A stretch of 64,000 nt of DNA from Tubiluchus corallicola. Taxonomy: Eukaryota; Animalia; Priapulida. Positions 26,201 to 39,565 of this stretch are shown here, in pieces. The position numbers were made by a program, and so were the translations under genes. Positions within the stretch are counted from its first letter, which is position 1, and every line of letters begins with the position of its first letter. Location of the stretch: assembly GCA_030141605.1 (NCBI GenBank), contig JAQGDQ010000179.1, forward strand, positions 186,001 through 250,000. The letters are read 5' to 3'. The notes beneath the pieces are model-generated. The model did not search any database and was not told the origin of the DNA. It saw only the letters and a list, made by a program, of their open reading frames with translations.

Positions 26201-26887
26201 TTTGGTGTTGGTGCCCTTATGTAGATTTTAGATCTTGACCAGGCGGTAGTTTTCATGACCTTAAGATCCGGTATGGTGATTTGTTGTAAACTAATAAACT
26301 AGAGCTACAAATGGAGCTTTAAGGACTTTAAGGACTACTAAAGGACTTTAAATACAAGAGTACTCAGACTTATCATCTACATGTTTTAAAACTGATGCAT
26401 TTCTCAGTCTCAAAACAGATTTTTAATTTTCGCGAGCCTTCGTCCTACGGACCTCTAAATTGACGATAATGAAAATGTGTACTGCTCACATGAGCGTGAA
26501 TGGTTAGCACTGTAAGTTTTATTTATAATAAATTCTGCTGATGACACTTATTAAGGCGAATGCTCGTGGCAATAAAAAACCTGTTGTGAGATTAAGAAAT
26601 GGCAGTCAGCTTATTATCATGTATTGGAGCTAAATTACATTAAAATGTTGAGAAGATAATATCCCTACCTACCATCATCCTAACAAGTACAATTAGGAAA
26701 TACTTCTGCACTAAACGAAATGTGTTTTGATATTGCCTCCGAAGCTAAGATTTTGCATAAACCTATGTATATGTAAAAGACTAAGCAACAAACCTATATT
26801 ACTCATTTTTTCTTGACAATAATAATCAGTAAATTTCAAAAGTTTACTTACCAATGCAATTGTAAACATATGCAACGTCAAATACAT
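21314..26887 (-). CDS. Secreted low-complexity protein A (~658 aa; Arg/Tyr/Ser-rich N-terminus, Asp/Arg/Pro/Gln/Phe-rich repetitive C-terminus)
   Basis: Exons are 26887-26852 (MYLTLHMFTIAL), 25078-24793 (CAFVVITSA-TDDYRSQYRPTRY...) and 22968-21314 (continues into the 496-aa ORF). Canonical splice sites, phases 0 and 1; signal peptide split over exons 1-2. Confidence 0.85.
23228..23318. repeat. (GAT)n microsatellite
   Basis: Direct reading; intronic in gene A. Confidence 0.95.
23982..24447. mobile_element. hAT-like MITE
   Basis: Decayed TIRs CGGGGCAGGATTAA / TTAATCCAGGAGTG; flanking 8-mers ATACGAAC / ATGCGGAC (6/8 match). Confidence 0.55.
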
Positions 26888-27849
26888 CGTGACTTCTCCA
26901 CTAGCAGGCTGAGCTCAGTACAAAATCACCAATAATCCGCAAGTTCAAATTGTATGTCTATAAATATATATATTTGTATTTATAAATAAAAATTCAAATT
27001 AAACATATAAAGCGATTACAATTTTATACTATGCTGACAATAGACTGCAAATGTATGACAAGAAAGAACTACAGCAAAATTAGAATTTTCTACTGACATC
27101 TTTATTTTACGCACGAATGGTTTGATAAAGTGCTATAAAGTCAGTCAGGTGATAACTGCATTTTTAATTCACGAAAGCAGCATAGGACTTGGATACAGCT
27201 GCCCCCATGTTACTGTTTACTCGCGAATGACCTTTTAGTAATTGTTCAGAACTTATTCTCAAAGCAAAGTTGTATCACTAGCCGTTTTAGTTAGCATGCC
27301 ATTTTCAGTCTTGAGTCAGCCATAGTTGTAACTTGTAAATTTTTTCTCTAAACTTACTGAAATGCACGCAGCTAGCCAGCGGTTAAACGAGGATACATGT
27401 CTGTCCAAGGATAAACAGGTGTTTTTGGTTTGTCTCTTTATACAATATATTGTCTGTCCTGTGGGCGTGCAAAAATCGTGTGGCCAGCTTTGCGTAGGTA
27501 CTTCAGGCAGGCCTTGATTTCGAGCGAAACGTGTCGTGACCGCCCTCGCCCTAGTCTTATTACCTGTATCCTGTACACACTTGCTTGTATGAAGTGCCTG
27601 TTTGCATGAGTATAAAATTGGGATGCTGATAGTTTGCATTACAATTCACTGGCTAAATCTGGCTTTCCTGGCGTAGTTGTTCTGTAATTATTTTTCGGCA
27701 AGATTTTGACTGGAAAAGTACGCGTAATTGTTCAGCCAGGGACACATTGCACGCGCGTTTCGGTCCCTAAAATAATCAAGTTTCTCTAAAGTAAGTGAAA
27801 AGGTTTAAAAATTGAAGCTAAAAGCAGAAAATATTCAGTCTACTCAGTG

Positions 27850-27861
27850 TCATCATTGTTG

Positions 27862-27897
<36 letters not shown>

Positions 27898-27990
27898 CGA
27901 TTGTCATCATGATCAAACATCGTCATCATAATCATCATCATCATCATCATCACCAACAACAACAGCAACAACAACAACAACAACAACATC
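27850..27990. repeat. Compound (CAT)n/(CAA)n microsatellite
   Basis: Direct reading. Confidence 0.9.
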
Positions 27991-30979
27991 GTCGTCGTCA
28001 TCGTTATTGAATTGTTAACACATATTGAATTTTTTGCATTTGTGTACAGAAGAGAATAAATACTCAATATAAATGTTATTATCAGCATTATTTGCCACCA
28101 TGATCGTCATCATAAGCTCTCCGAGAAACTCGAGCTTTGAGCAGAAGTGGAAAATTTGAATATTACTTAACTGAAAACGCATCAAAAAAGTTAATGCATC
28201 GAAGTATAATCACGCGAAGTCAGCTTTCTATATCTTGTGAAGTCATTTTTTCTTCTTGGTTGCTGCTGAAGGCAGTAAGAAAATTATTGTTCATTTATCT
28301 GGTAAAAATTCAGTTTGTCGCAACCCGCTGCTCTGATTGTTTGAAGTTTACATTCATATTATTATTTTTCACACCCTACAGGCGTTTTCCCTTTACTTAC
28401 ATAAAATTTATCTCAAGTCCCGGGCACACTCGAAAAAATATCCAGAAAATTTAAGAATTGCACATAGTTTAGCGATACTTTGTCACATATCTCTTTACAG
28501 AAGATAAGAAACGACGTTTACCTTAGCAATAAGTGCGTGTGTAATTATATATTACGTGGCAAATGTTCTTTTATTTTTTCGTCATTAAAAAAGATAGAAT
28601 AAATTCCTTCATGAAAAGCACAATTATAATTATGTAATAAGAAAAAATATTTTTGTTTTCGTAATTATGTCTAAGAGCAAGAGCAAGAGAAAAAATATTT
28701 TTATTTATTTTTCTCAAGGCAGCTTTATTTTTTCATAGACGTGATTTGCTGTGTGAGGCAAAATGCGAGGAACTTTCAGTTTATAAGTAGTAACCATTTC
28801 ATTGTGGTCAGCAGGATTTCCTGACAGAAATCTGAGGGCTAAAAAGGGCTTTAAACCTACAGGTTACTCTAAGGGCAATTCTGGGATTTAATTTGAATTT
28901 TAAAAGCTGATCTAATCTCATTAAACACACAAGTATATTCTGCTTTAAAATGCCAAATGCTCTTTAATGGCGCAATTGAGAGCAACACTAGGTATAGCCG
29001 CTTTTATAATACCTACAATTCCATATAATTAGCTAAATTAAATAAGTGAAGTATTAAGATTGAATGATGACTTTTAATGTAACAGCGATTAACTACAATT
29101 GTAACTAAACGTACTGTTAAATTTTGAATTTTTAAGTTAATGATATTGTGTCAACGTAAATTGTATGGCGAAAGATACAGGATCTACCTGTAGATGGCGC
29201 CAAGTGGCCATTTTCATTCAATAGACGAAACACTGCCTAACTTTAATTAATTTGTATGTTGCTCTGTCCCTCTTCCAGAAGCTACTCGCGTGTCGTTGTT
29301 CTTATTACCACAAAATTCAAACAATGTTTTTAATACTTTCCTTAACGTAACATTAATATGCTATGTGTCACGATAAAGTTTCATGCAACACTTTTAAGAA
29401 TTTTTTCGATTTAGTAAATTTCAAATTTTAGATTTTATCATTTGGATATTGCATTTTAGTCAACATGCAACAATAGGTAAAAGCCACAAAACAGTATTTA
29501 AAGAAACAATTTTTATTAAAATCTATTAAAACATTAACAGTAGTACAGTATGTCTATAAATCATAATAGTCCATAATTAGAATACAAATGAACACATTAA
29601 TTGTAATATTTGTAAGTATAATAAAATGTATGTACATATATCACAATGATATCAGGCTTTCATCACATAAACGTTTTAATAAAAAATAAAAAATAGTAGT
29701 TTAAAATATATATTCTGCTACACTATCCTAAACGATTTAACAACTTATTAGTTAGACAAGGTAACAATAATATATACATGTGGCTGTTTATACCAAATCT
29801 ACTAAATACATAAAAAAGTAGTTTATAATTGCAATAATTACAGAAAGAGGACTGAATCTACATCAAAACATATGTTATATGTTACTAGCAATCTTAATTA
29901 TTATTTTGTTATTATAAGAGCCTGGCTAAAAATTATATCGACTGTGTGCGTATACAGTTCAAAAAGTTAGTCGATGTAGCTAATTAATATAATATCTATA
30001 AATATCTTTGCGTTTTGGTAGTTAGGTGTTACTGCGTAAATCGTTTCTAGATTACTAGTTTGTGTTACGTAATTTGTTAACTGAGTTAATGAGCTAAAAG
30101 AAAACCCGTAGTAGACTAAATACTTGCGATTATATAAAATTATAATGCTATGTTTATCCAAAAATTAACAGACAAAATTTGATAACTGTATATAATGTCA
30201 TTCTGTTCTATTAGTTTTGCGTTAGTATGCCAATCACTTGTTTATTTCTAGTTAATGTTACAATTTTTATTAGTTGAATTAATTAACTAAAAATGTAAAT
30301 TTTATACTAAATTATTACGATTGTACAGGCTTATAGTATTGTGTGTATTGTTAGTCGTTTAAAAGTTAGTCAGACAGTCAGACTTAAACAGATCTTTCTG
30401 TTTTGTTAATTTTGTGCTAGTATGTAAATTGCTTGTTTTTTTAGTTGATGGTACAATTATTTGTTAGCTGATTTTATTTACGTTTTAGAATTATAGTTCA
30501 ATATTAGTTTTTTGTATAATGCATAAGTTGCTTCCTAGACTGAGTTGTTAGCATAGCGCCACAAAAATAACACGTGAAAGAGTCTTGGAGTAAATGCAAT
30601 GATTAAGTTTGATTTTAAATTAGTTACCTTTAAGTTTAAATTATGTTACCAAGTAAATACTTTGTTGTTAAGGCTATACAGCTATCACAGTTTCTTTACT
30701 ATGTTAAAATTATTAGCAAATTAATTAACTCACTATTATAGAAAAGTTCATTAAATATTACCCATTTCTTAACTAATTATAAAAAACTCTTTACTAAATT
30801 GTTTTTCGGTTAAGCAATTACAGTCGAATTAATATTTTGTTATGCTAGCATAGAGTTCTGTTAGTTAAAACGCCATAAACTAATTTAAGACACATTTAAC
30901 AATTTGATGTCGTTATATTTAGTTTCATAAACAAAGTTATGTTACGTTGAAGTTAATTATGGCAAGGTATATGTAAATG

Positions 30980-31220
30980 TGGTATTGGTATTGGTATCGG
31001 TATCGGTATCGGTATCAGTGCCGGTATCGGTATCGGTATCGGTGCCGGTGCCGGTATCGGTATCGGTATCGGTATCGGTATCGGTATCGGTATCGGTATC
31101 GGTATCGGTATCGGTATCGGTATCGGTATCGGTATCGGTATCGGTATCGGTATCGGTATCGGTATCGGTATCAGTATCAGTATCAGTATTAGTATTAGTT
31201 TTAGTGTTAGTGTTAGTATT
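30980..31220. repeat. (GGTATC)n hexanucleotide array with variant units
   Basis: About 30 GGTATC units, with GGTATT, GGTGCC, AGTATC, AGTATT and AGTGTT variants mostly toward the edges. Confidence 0.95.
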
Positions 31221-31839
31221 TGTATTACGTACGCTTGATGACAACGATCTACAACGCAACTTCAGTTTGTCCTTGTTAACAATGTCTCAGATGAAAGATA
31301 ACATGCACTTCCAGAACTAAAGCTACAAATAAATCTTATTAAAAAAGCTGCAGTTATTAACTTACAAATCAGATGTATTATAATCGGTCTAACTGCGCTA
31401 GGGCGCTCTTCTTAATCACATTGAAAATACTCTATATGGTAATAATTAGTTATGCTTTAGATTACTTAATTAGCTACATTGATAGTGCTCTTACATATGG
31501 TAGTCGCTTTTTCGCAAGTTTACTTTATGTGTTAAAAACGAATGGGTTGCATTAGTAATTCGTTTATGAAAAATTAAAACGCCTAATTATGCCAGAATAG
31601 GCCTGAAGTTCTTTGGTTAATTGTCGAATGAAACGTTTTGGCAAAATATTACATTATCTGCTATTATAATTATTATAAAATATTATACATCAAAATATCA
31701 AAATAAACATTAAAAAAATCAACAACAATCACGTCTTACATCATTTTAAGGCTTGTTAATAAAAATAACAATACGAGGAATTCGTAAACAACACAACGTG
31801 ACTTAACAGTAATAAGTTTACTATTCTGTAGTTAATTGT

Positions 31840-34395
31840 TTAATGCATATATCCACTATAACCAGATAACCTACGACCATAACCACCATAGCTGCTTCCA
31901 TAACCACCGTAACCACCTTGGCTTCCACCATAACCGCCATGACTTCCACCGTAACCACCACTGCTTCCACCATAGCCACCGTAACCATTGTGGCCATGAC
32001 CTTTGTGGTAATAACCGGTTATAATTGGTAGGATTGGTGTAAAACTGCCGTATCCGTAAACTTTGTAGGGCTTGTAATACGAGTAACCGTTTTTGTAAGC
32101 GTAGCGTTGACCTTTGTTATAAACTTGCTTAGCATTTGTGTAGTCATGATTATCATATAATCCACGGTACCTAAAATGAAAATAGCATTAAATTTTGGAC
32201 TTCTTTCACTGCTACTGTTGCTACTGTTTTACTAACACAGTGTCTACGTTAGTAAAACAGCTCATAGACTACATATGAAATAAACTGCACGCCTGAAGTG
32301 TGTTAGTGTAGCTGCTCGGAAAGCAGAAGGTCTTTGTTTCGAGTCCCAGCCGAAGTACAGAATTTTTCAGAAGCACTTAATTAAATCTGAAGACATAAAT
32401 TTGCACTGTTAGAGCGTAAATATTTATTAAACTAATGTTTTCTCAAGCAAGTTCAACTTCGTGTAATTCAAGTCCACGTAATTCAAACAAGCACTGAATA
32501 CTTTTGAAAGAACGAAAACATGAAACATTGGGTTCAAGTCCCAATAGAGATGCAAAAATGCTTTAGACATTTTGACATTCTAATGATTGGATTGAAAACC
32601 CATTTTTCATACAGCAAACTCAAAAAACCCGATAAAATAACATACTAGTAAACGTCCTAGTAGGCTCTTTTGTTTATTGGGAGTAGTTACTGTTGGTCAA
32701 TATTACGGTTTGGAACTTCATAAGCTTGTTTGTATAAGAAAAGACGATATTGTAGAAAAGATGGCACCATTGAGCACCAAGTAGTAAGAATATCCAATAT
32801 TTCCACAACTGAGCTAGATTGCTTTGTAGTATTACAATGAACGTACGCATTCGTAATGAAATTAGCTGGCCCAAGTTCAACATTAATATTTCAAGTTTCA
32901 ATATTTAAAAAATCTATCATTGGGTGTAGGGCAGGTAATTTCATTTCACTGATTAAAGGTTTCACGTTACTGTGGCTACGCGGCTCTCATTGATTGCGTG
33001 CTACTATCACAAAAATTCAAATTGAGTTTAGAGGCAAATGGGAGAACGAGCAACCTGATACCACAAAATCCCGGGTTCAAATGCTGATTGACTCACGTTA
33101 GGCTAATTGTTGATCCTGCTGCTAAAAAATCTAAAAAAATCTACATACGCATTTGTGTAGGTGTTTCTTAAACGATTGCCGTTGCCATAGCCGTTATGAC
33201 CGTACAGTTTGCCTAGCAAGTGTTTCCCTCGCTGATAGGCACCTCCATATTTTTTGCCTCCATTGTGTCCGTATCCGTAGCCGCTATAGGACAGAGTGCC
33301 GGCATTTTTTGCAAAAGCTGGATCTCCGTATTCAATCGCGAAAGAACATATCTATGTAAAACAAGTATTGTGCGAAAAGCAAAAGTTAATATTTGTATTT
33401 TTGCGAGATGTAAATTGTATATAAAGTAAACAAACATAATTGTTGGCGCGCAAATATTAGTATTATTAATAAGCAAAAATAATATAATACAACTTGCTTG
33501 GACCAAACCAAACCAACGCGTTTTTAATAATTGATATGGCCAAAATTAATGTTCAATTTTGTAATATCTCATATTTATACAGACCTTGCGAAGACCCCAT
33601 GTATGACACTTGAAGACTGTATTGTACAAAATGCAACTAGTTTTCCTACGCTACGCTAAAGCCTGAGAAGATAGGCTACATACATTGAGTATGGTTAAAA
33701 ACTGTTAGGCCTACCCATTTAGTAATAGTAATCATGTAAATTATAATTTTCTTTCTCTAATAACTAGTTTTTTCTCCAAAACATACCATAATTTATAATA
33801 ATTTATTAAATATTTTAATGCATTTTACATGATGATCAAATGCATTTTACAAAAGATTTACAAAAATAAAAGATCATCAAAATCACTAAAAAATTATTTG
33901 GTAAGATATCTAAACCTGTGGCACATTAATTGATTAAACGTAAATTGAATATGACAAAAAAGGAAAAATCATTAAAACATTTTAGTAAAATAATAAAGGC
34001 AATGCCCGAAACGCTCATAAGCGCATAAAGTGCAAGATAATCTTAACTACAAAAAACTTCATCAAAATATGGTATCATATATATATGTATTGTAATATAG
34101 TACATAGTATTATATAGTAAAATATAGTGTGATATATGTAATGCCCACCGAAGAAATCAAAACGATTTTTTAAACGATGCATTATACATGGTGTTCATCA
34201 ACCATATAGACCGACTAACATGCAATGTGCACTGAGTACTAGTGACTATAAGAATTGTCACCAATGTAGAATGTTCATAAATTGAAAACGCCAAATTTCA
34301 ATGATTAATTATAACTAACTTATCAATAAATTTTGATAAAGAAAATTTTCACTTACCGAACACATAAGGCAGATGACTGGTGTTAGCAAACGCAT
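31840..34395 (-). CDS. Secreted Gly/Tyr-rich protein B (~190 aa), missed by the ORF track
   Basis: Exons are 34395-34357 (MRLLTPVICLMCS), 33351-33149 (ICSFA-IEYGDPAFAKNAGTLSYSGYGYGHNGGKKYGGAYQRG...) and 32170-31840 (YRGLYDNHDY...GYSYYKPYKVYGYGSFTPILP...GGYGGSSGGYGGSHGGYGGSQGGY...GYMH*). Phases 0 and 2; 5'UTR exon donor near 35116. Confidence 0.88.
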
Positions 34396-35190
34396 TTTGC
34401 CTGTAATTTAAAATTTAGTGCACTTAGTAAATCTGCTTGATGTAAAATTAACACTGCAACAGCTAAAAATTCTCTGAGTTTCGTATGATTAGAACTCAGT
34501 GTAACTGAATTCTAAATCTTACTAATTTGCACCAAAGTTGCAGTTGTAACAGCAGCTAAATTCGCCACAAAAAACGATAAACGTGCATCTCGCTATTAAA
34601 CGAAAGCTTGTCATTATTGTGCTAAATATAGTAAACAATAAATTTAACATTCGAACAAAACAAAAATGAAACAGAAAATAGAAAATGAAAAAATACTTGA
34701 AATGAATCCAAGCCGATCCTAAGCGTTTTTATAAGTGTATAAAATATTTAAGATACAAATTCAGTAAAAACAAAAAAGTATAAACAACGGAGCTGAGCAT
34801 TTGAATAAAAGACTAATGAATTTTGAGTAGTATTTTAAGAAAAGTCGAGGAACAATGTGTGCACTGCGCGCAAGGAACTTAGCGCGATTATATATCTCCT
34901 TTCTTAATGTTAATATCAGTAATTAATTAATCCACAATAAATCATAAACCTTATTAATAAAATAATGTAATATAGTCGACTCTTATATACACAAATGATT
35001 TTAAAGTTTAAAGTTCAAAGAAAATCCACTAACAACCACATAATTAAATTTTAATTAACTAAAATAATTTCTAATGCCAATAAATCAACAAAATACTGTT
35101 AATATGTTGGCTTACTTTTGCGTCTGACGTCTAACGTATTCCTTCCTGATCACGAGCTAAATGGCTGCCATGATCTTCACTCGCATCACT

Positions 35191-35198
35191 TTTATATA
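35191..35198 (-). promoter_or_regulatory. Putative TATA box of gene B
   Basis: TATATAAA on the minus strand ~75 nt upstream of a GTAAG donor ending a non-coding first exon. Confidence 0.5.
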
Positions 35199-36982
35199 AA
35201 TTTTCTTTATTGATGACCCTTTTTATTATTCTCTAGCTTCATTATAATTATAAGAGTGATAAAAGTGTGAAACTTGATATCAGTTCACAATGACCGGCGG
35301 TCAGTGGGTCAGTAGATGATACTACCCGGCGCATCCTTTCACATAATTGATGTTTATACCTTTATAATTTTATTTGTGATCACGTGTTTTCTGAAAACTG
35401 CAGTAAAGTGAAAGTCAGGGCAAATGAATCTTGTTAATTGACTTTGAATTCAAGTTAATTTTTAACGAAGTCTTCACATGCAGTTAGAATAACGTTACTT
35501 GTCTTTTCTCATTTTGTGATTTTTATTTCTTTATTTACAAAACTCGCAGTAAACTAACTTAAAAACATAAAACGAAATTTTTTGTAGACGACTCATCTAA
35601 AATCAGATATATTATTAAAATCTTGGAAACTATGGTTAATGTCTCTTTTCCAAGTAGATTTATTAGTTTTAGTCAGACACGTGATAATGCATGACAGTAA
35701 TGTAAAACAAGTAGAAAGAGTTTTAATTACTGGTTAGAAATTACACAAACACGATATTCTCTGCATTAGTCTGCAAACACTTAATACAGTGATCACAACA
35801 TTTCTACAACAATATTATATTTCTTGTATTTTTGAATCTTTAATAATTGAGACGGTATTGTTCATAGCTGATATTAATGATGAACTTTCAGGTTTTTTTT
35901 TGCAAAGCAGAAATCGCTCTGTTAGGCTTAAGTAAATAATGTGTCGCAAAGCGTTAATTAATTTGTTACAAACGAGCCATAGGTCCCTCTACCTTCACCT
36001 TTTTGCATAAATGGCTTATGCCTTCAGATAGCGCCGTTTTGTTGATTACACGTGAAAACGAAAGTGAAAGTGAAATTCTTTAGACGTCACATGACGCGTT
36101 TATGACCAAGCGACAGTGACACTGCGACCTGCGGTTGACAGTGTCGTGATTTGACGTTTGGATGTTCAAGCGAAGTTTACTGATATTGTGAATGTAGGTC
36201 GCCATAACACCAGCACGAACAGCTTATGTTATTTCTTTGTTTATTGCATTATTATAAATGAATAGCCAGAAATGCCATAGCCTTAGGCAAAGGAGCAGAG
36301 AAAGCCTTTTACTTTTCAAATCGTACCATTCGAAAAATTTACAACTATATGATACATACGGAGAAAACTTAGACAAGACTAAATTTCAAAACTAAAAAAG
36401 GAATTGTATAAACGTACTTATGTGTGTATGACTACCTGAGTCGCTGTAAATATCAGCATTTATAATCAAAATCAGGTCCAGCTTCAAATCTGAAATTTTT
36501 TAAAAACTATGTCTATGCCAACTAACTATATAATTCGTATGCATTTTAGCCAAGAATTATGGCCTAAATTTCAGTTGATATACTAGAAACTATAACATAT
36601 AGACTATAGAACTTGGATTAAACAGAAGTAAAAAAAGAATCAAAGTTGAATAGTAGAGGCAATATTCAATAGGTAATAGCAGGCAAGGTGAAATGAAAAA
36701 GCGGCATTTTCTGAAAAGAATGAGGAAAAAATAAACAAACCAAAGCAACACGGCGCTTCTAATTTTCCTTCGCGGTAAATTTTAGTGGTACTAAACTAAA
36801 CAATTTGCAAAATTTTCAGCGTGACAGTATTATTCAGACCTTCTTAATTTAGTATTGCTTTCATACGTTTATGTCTCTGATCTTGTATTATGTCTTGATA
36901 CTGTATGAACTATAATTCGCCGTTGATACATCTCTACTAAGTTATATAGTAAATTTCTGAATCTGAAAAATCAGATGACTCT

Positions 36983-37080
36983 TTGTGGTGCAATGATTAG
37001 TATAGTTGCCCGTGGGAAGAAGAAGGTCTTGGGTCGAGCCCCATTCTCGTAATAAAATAAAAAAGTACAAAAATTTTCGG
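36983..37080 (+). mobile_element. Decayed tRNA-derived SINE (related copies near 7300-7420, 7820-7870, 32290-32370, 32510-32560, 33030-33090, 41770-41830, 47410-47460, 52465-52510)
   Basis: A-box-like TGGTGCAATGATTAG and B-box-like GGGTCGAGCCC, followed by a GTACAAAAATTTTC tail shared with the 32290 copy; no intact cloverleaf. Confidence 0.55.
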
Positions 37081-38163
37081 ACTTTCTAAAGTAGTATTAC
37101 GTTTATACGATTTTCTTTAATAAATAATGTTTCCAGTTTTTGAGATGTCGGTACATTTTTTTGTACCTTTTCATTTTTCTCTTGCTCCAAAAAGGGTGCT
37201 GTTGATGCTGCCTTGTCACTGTCGCTGTCATAGTCATTGTCATTGTTATCAACTGCCTGGAATTAAGCATCAATTCTGAAAAATAAGGATGGCTTATAAC
37301 AACAATCTTCTATATCTGAATGTCAGGTGCGCCAATAATCATAATAACAAGAAACCGCTAGTGACTCAATCAGACGTTAAAAAATGAACTCTCTCAGCAT
37401 CTTGTTTCTTTAAATTGTAACTGTGTCACCTAAATAATGAACGAAAATTTTGTCTCTTTTATGATATAATTAGCAATTCCAATAAGCTCTTGCACCTTGC
37501 CTGCTGTTACCTTAACTGTTTTTATACACCTCAACACGCTCGAAACTGAAAACCAGCAATCAAAGACAGGGTCAACTTAAATGTAGGTGGTTGTGAGAGG
37601 AGCAGAACCTAACTCTTTATTAAACTATTCTTCTAAGTTGAGGCACTGGATCGGCAGAGGTGCCTTAGCCACGTTCGCCTAAAGACAAAAGGCTGCATCT
37701 GTTGACTAAAAACTTAATAATCAATAATTATAAGTAATCCGTGAAAAATGATTGATGATTGAACAAACGTCTTTGATAATTTTAAATCCGGTTTTCTTTT
37801 ATTCTGATGTTCATATAGACAAATTTATCTTGGACTGTCTCTGCATCGAGAATACGGGATTTTAATCTGTGAGAAAATGCGGTTTTTTCAGATTTTATGA
37901 GCATGGCCCGTCACCGTTCTAAAGCATAAAAATGCCTGGGCAGTCGTTTGTCATGGGTCAGGGCCAGCAATAAGACAGCAGTGTGTCACCATGTAGTAAA
38001 ATGTAGCGTTTTAAAGTCTCGCCGCGAAGAAGAAACACAGTTACCTGACAGTTAAACATTTGCACCTGGAGCAACTGTCAACGGGGGTCATTATGTAACG
38101 TCAGCAGAAGCTGCAGTGGGTGATGTGAGTCCGAGGAATTTGTTTCAAGGTTGTGGAAGAGCG

Positions 38164-38170
38164 TATAAAA
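38164..38170 (+). promoter_or_regulatory. Putative TATA box of gene C
   Basis: GTATAAAAGGGG ~80 nt upstream of the non-coding first-exon donor (CAA|GTAAGT at 38250). Confidence 0.6.
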
Positions 38171-38667
38171 GGGGATACCTTCTCCAAGATAAGCCACTCG
38201 AGAAGCACACCTCCAGACCGGCAGTAATCGAGCAGTGATCGCCTTACAAGTAAGTTTGAAAAACGTTTTTTTATATAGATTTTCAATTTCTTGTCTATTC
38301 GACCAATTTGCATTTGAATAATAATAAATTTAGTGTACGCTTGTCCGAGGTAAAAATTCTGTCTGTCGTTCTTAATTATGTATAATTTCAGCCTGAGGTG
38401 ACATTTGAATTAATTTGTAATTGAAATTTTAACTGTTTTATGCTTGCTTGTTAATTGATCTACTGTAATGTATTGTAGGAAAAATGTATTACAAACGTGG
38501 AAACACAATACATTTTGGAAATATGTATTGAATTCGGCTATGTACGTTGTATGTACTGCACATTATTGTGGCATTTTGTGAAATAGATAAACTTAAACTT
38601 AAACTTAATTAAAAATTACACTGCTTTTAAATTTGTATATTTTAATTAATTGACTAACATAGGCACT

Positions 38668-39565
38668 ATGAAGATTCTCATTATCGCTGCTTTGGTGGGC
38701 GTCGCCCTGGGACGTGACTACACACCTGGACCAGCCTATCACACGACGCAGGTTCTCGGACCCTTTGCCAATGCCCGAGTAGCAGGAGCCGGACAGAGGA
38801 GTGCTAGTAGCAGCTACGTGCGGGAAGGTAGTGCTGCCGGTGCTGATTATGCTCGTGATGAAGCTCAAGCTGCTGAGACGGCTGCAAAAGCAAGAGGATA
38901 CGACTATGCTATCAGGTAAAAGCTTGCAGTCCATCAATTAAATTTACAATTTCTAGTTATTTATTTAAGTGACTGACACACAACAAAGTTTAATACTGCG
39001 TTCATGATACCAAGTTGCTGGAAACAATGTCTGAAAACTGGAGTGAGAAATTATAGCAACATTTTTAGTTTGTTTAAGAAATTAGTTACGCACCTTTTTA
39101 ATTTGTATAATTAAAACGTTATGGTAAGTAGGGTTAAAATTTTTATTTTCTCTTCAGTAGGGCTTTAATTAAAGTATAAAACTATAATGCATGGGCAGTG
39201 CAGTCATTCTTTTGTTTAATTTTTGATTTCACGGATACACGATGCTCTGAAAATTGCACTTAATAGCAACGTCTAAGTTTTGGTTAGTATTCAACTCTTC
39301 TATGACAGTAAATTGAAACTAGTTTCATGTTTCTATCGCTTTTTGCAGGAGAGGATTCAGTTATTATCAGCCAAATCTCTTGTACGCCTATTCATTTGAG
39401 CGACCTCTCATCGGCACACGAGATCTGGAGTATTACATTCCCAACATTGACACCAACATTGGACTGGCTCCAGTTGCTGTACACGATGTGGTGTATCCCG
39501 GGCTGCCCAACATTGATATTCAACCTAACATCAGAGAAATCCATGGAGACCGGTCTGCCTATTAA
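38668..39565 (+). CDS. Secreted Ala/Tyr-rich protein C (~154 aa)
   Basis: Exons 38668-38915 (MKILIIAALVGVALG signal; RDYTPGPAYHTTQVLG...ARGYDYAIR) and 39349-39565 (RGFSYYQPNLLYAYSFERPLIG...HGDRSAY*). Phase-2 intron; AATAAA near 39820. Confidence 0.92.

Noticed and set aside
26530-26580. Minimal hammerhead ribozyme (CTGATGA...GCGAAT)
   Set aside because: The core reads GAAT rather than GAAA and stems I/III are not convincing; at best a dead relic.
30957-31320. ORFs encoding (YR)n, (SV)n or (DT)n proteins
   Set aside because: These are translations of a hexamer microsatellite, with no signal exon or convincing splice context.
32290-32370. Functional tRNA genes here and at the other B-box-containing sites
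   Set aside because: No complete cloverleaf; decayed boxes and shared tails indicate SINE relics.
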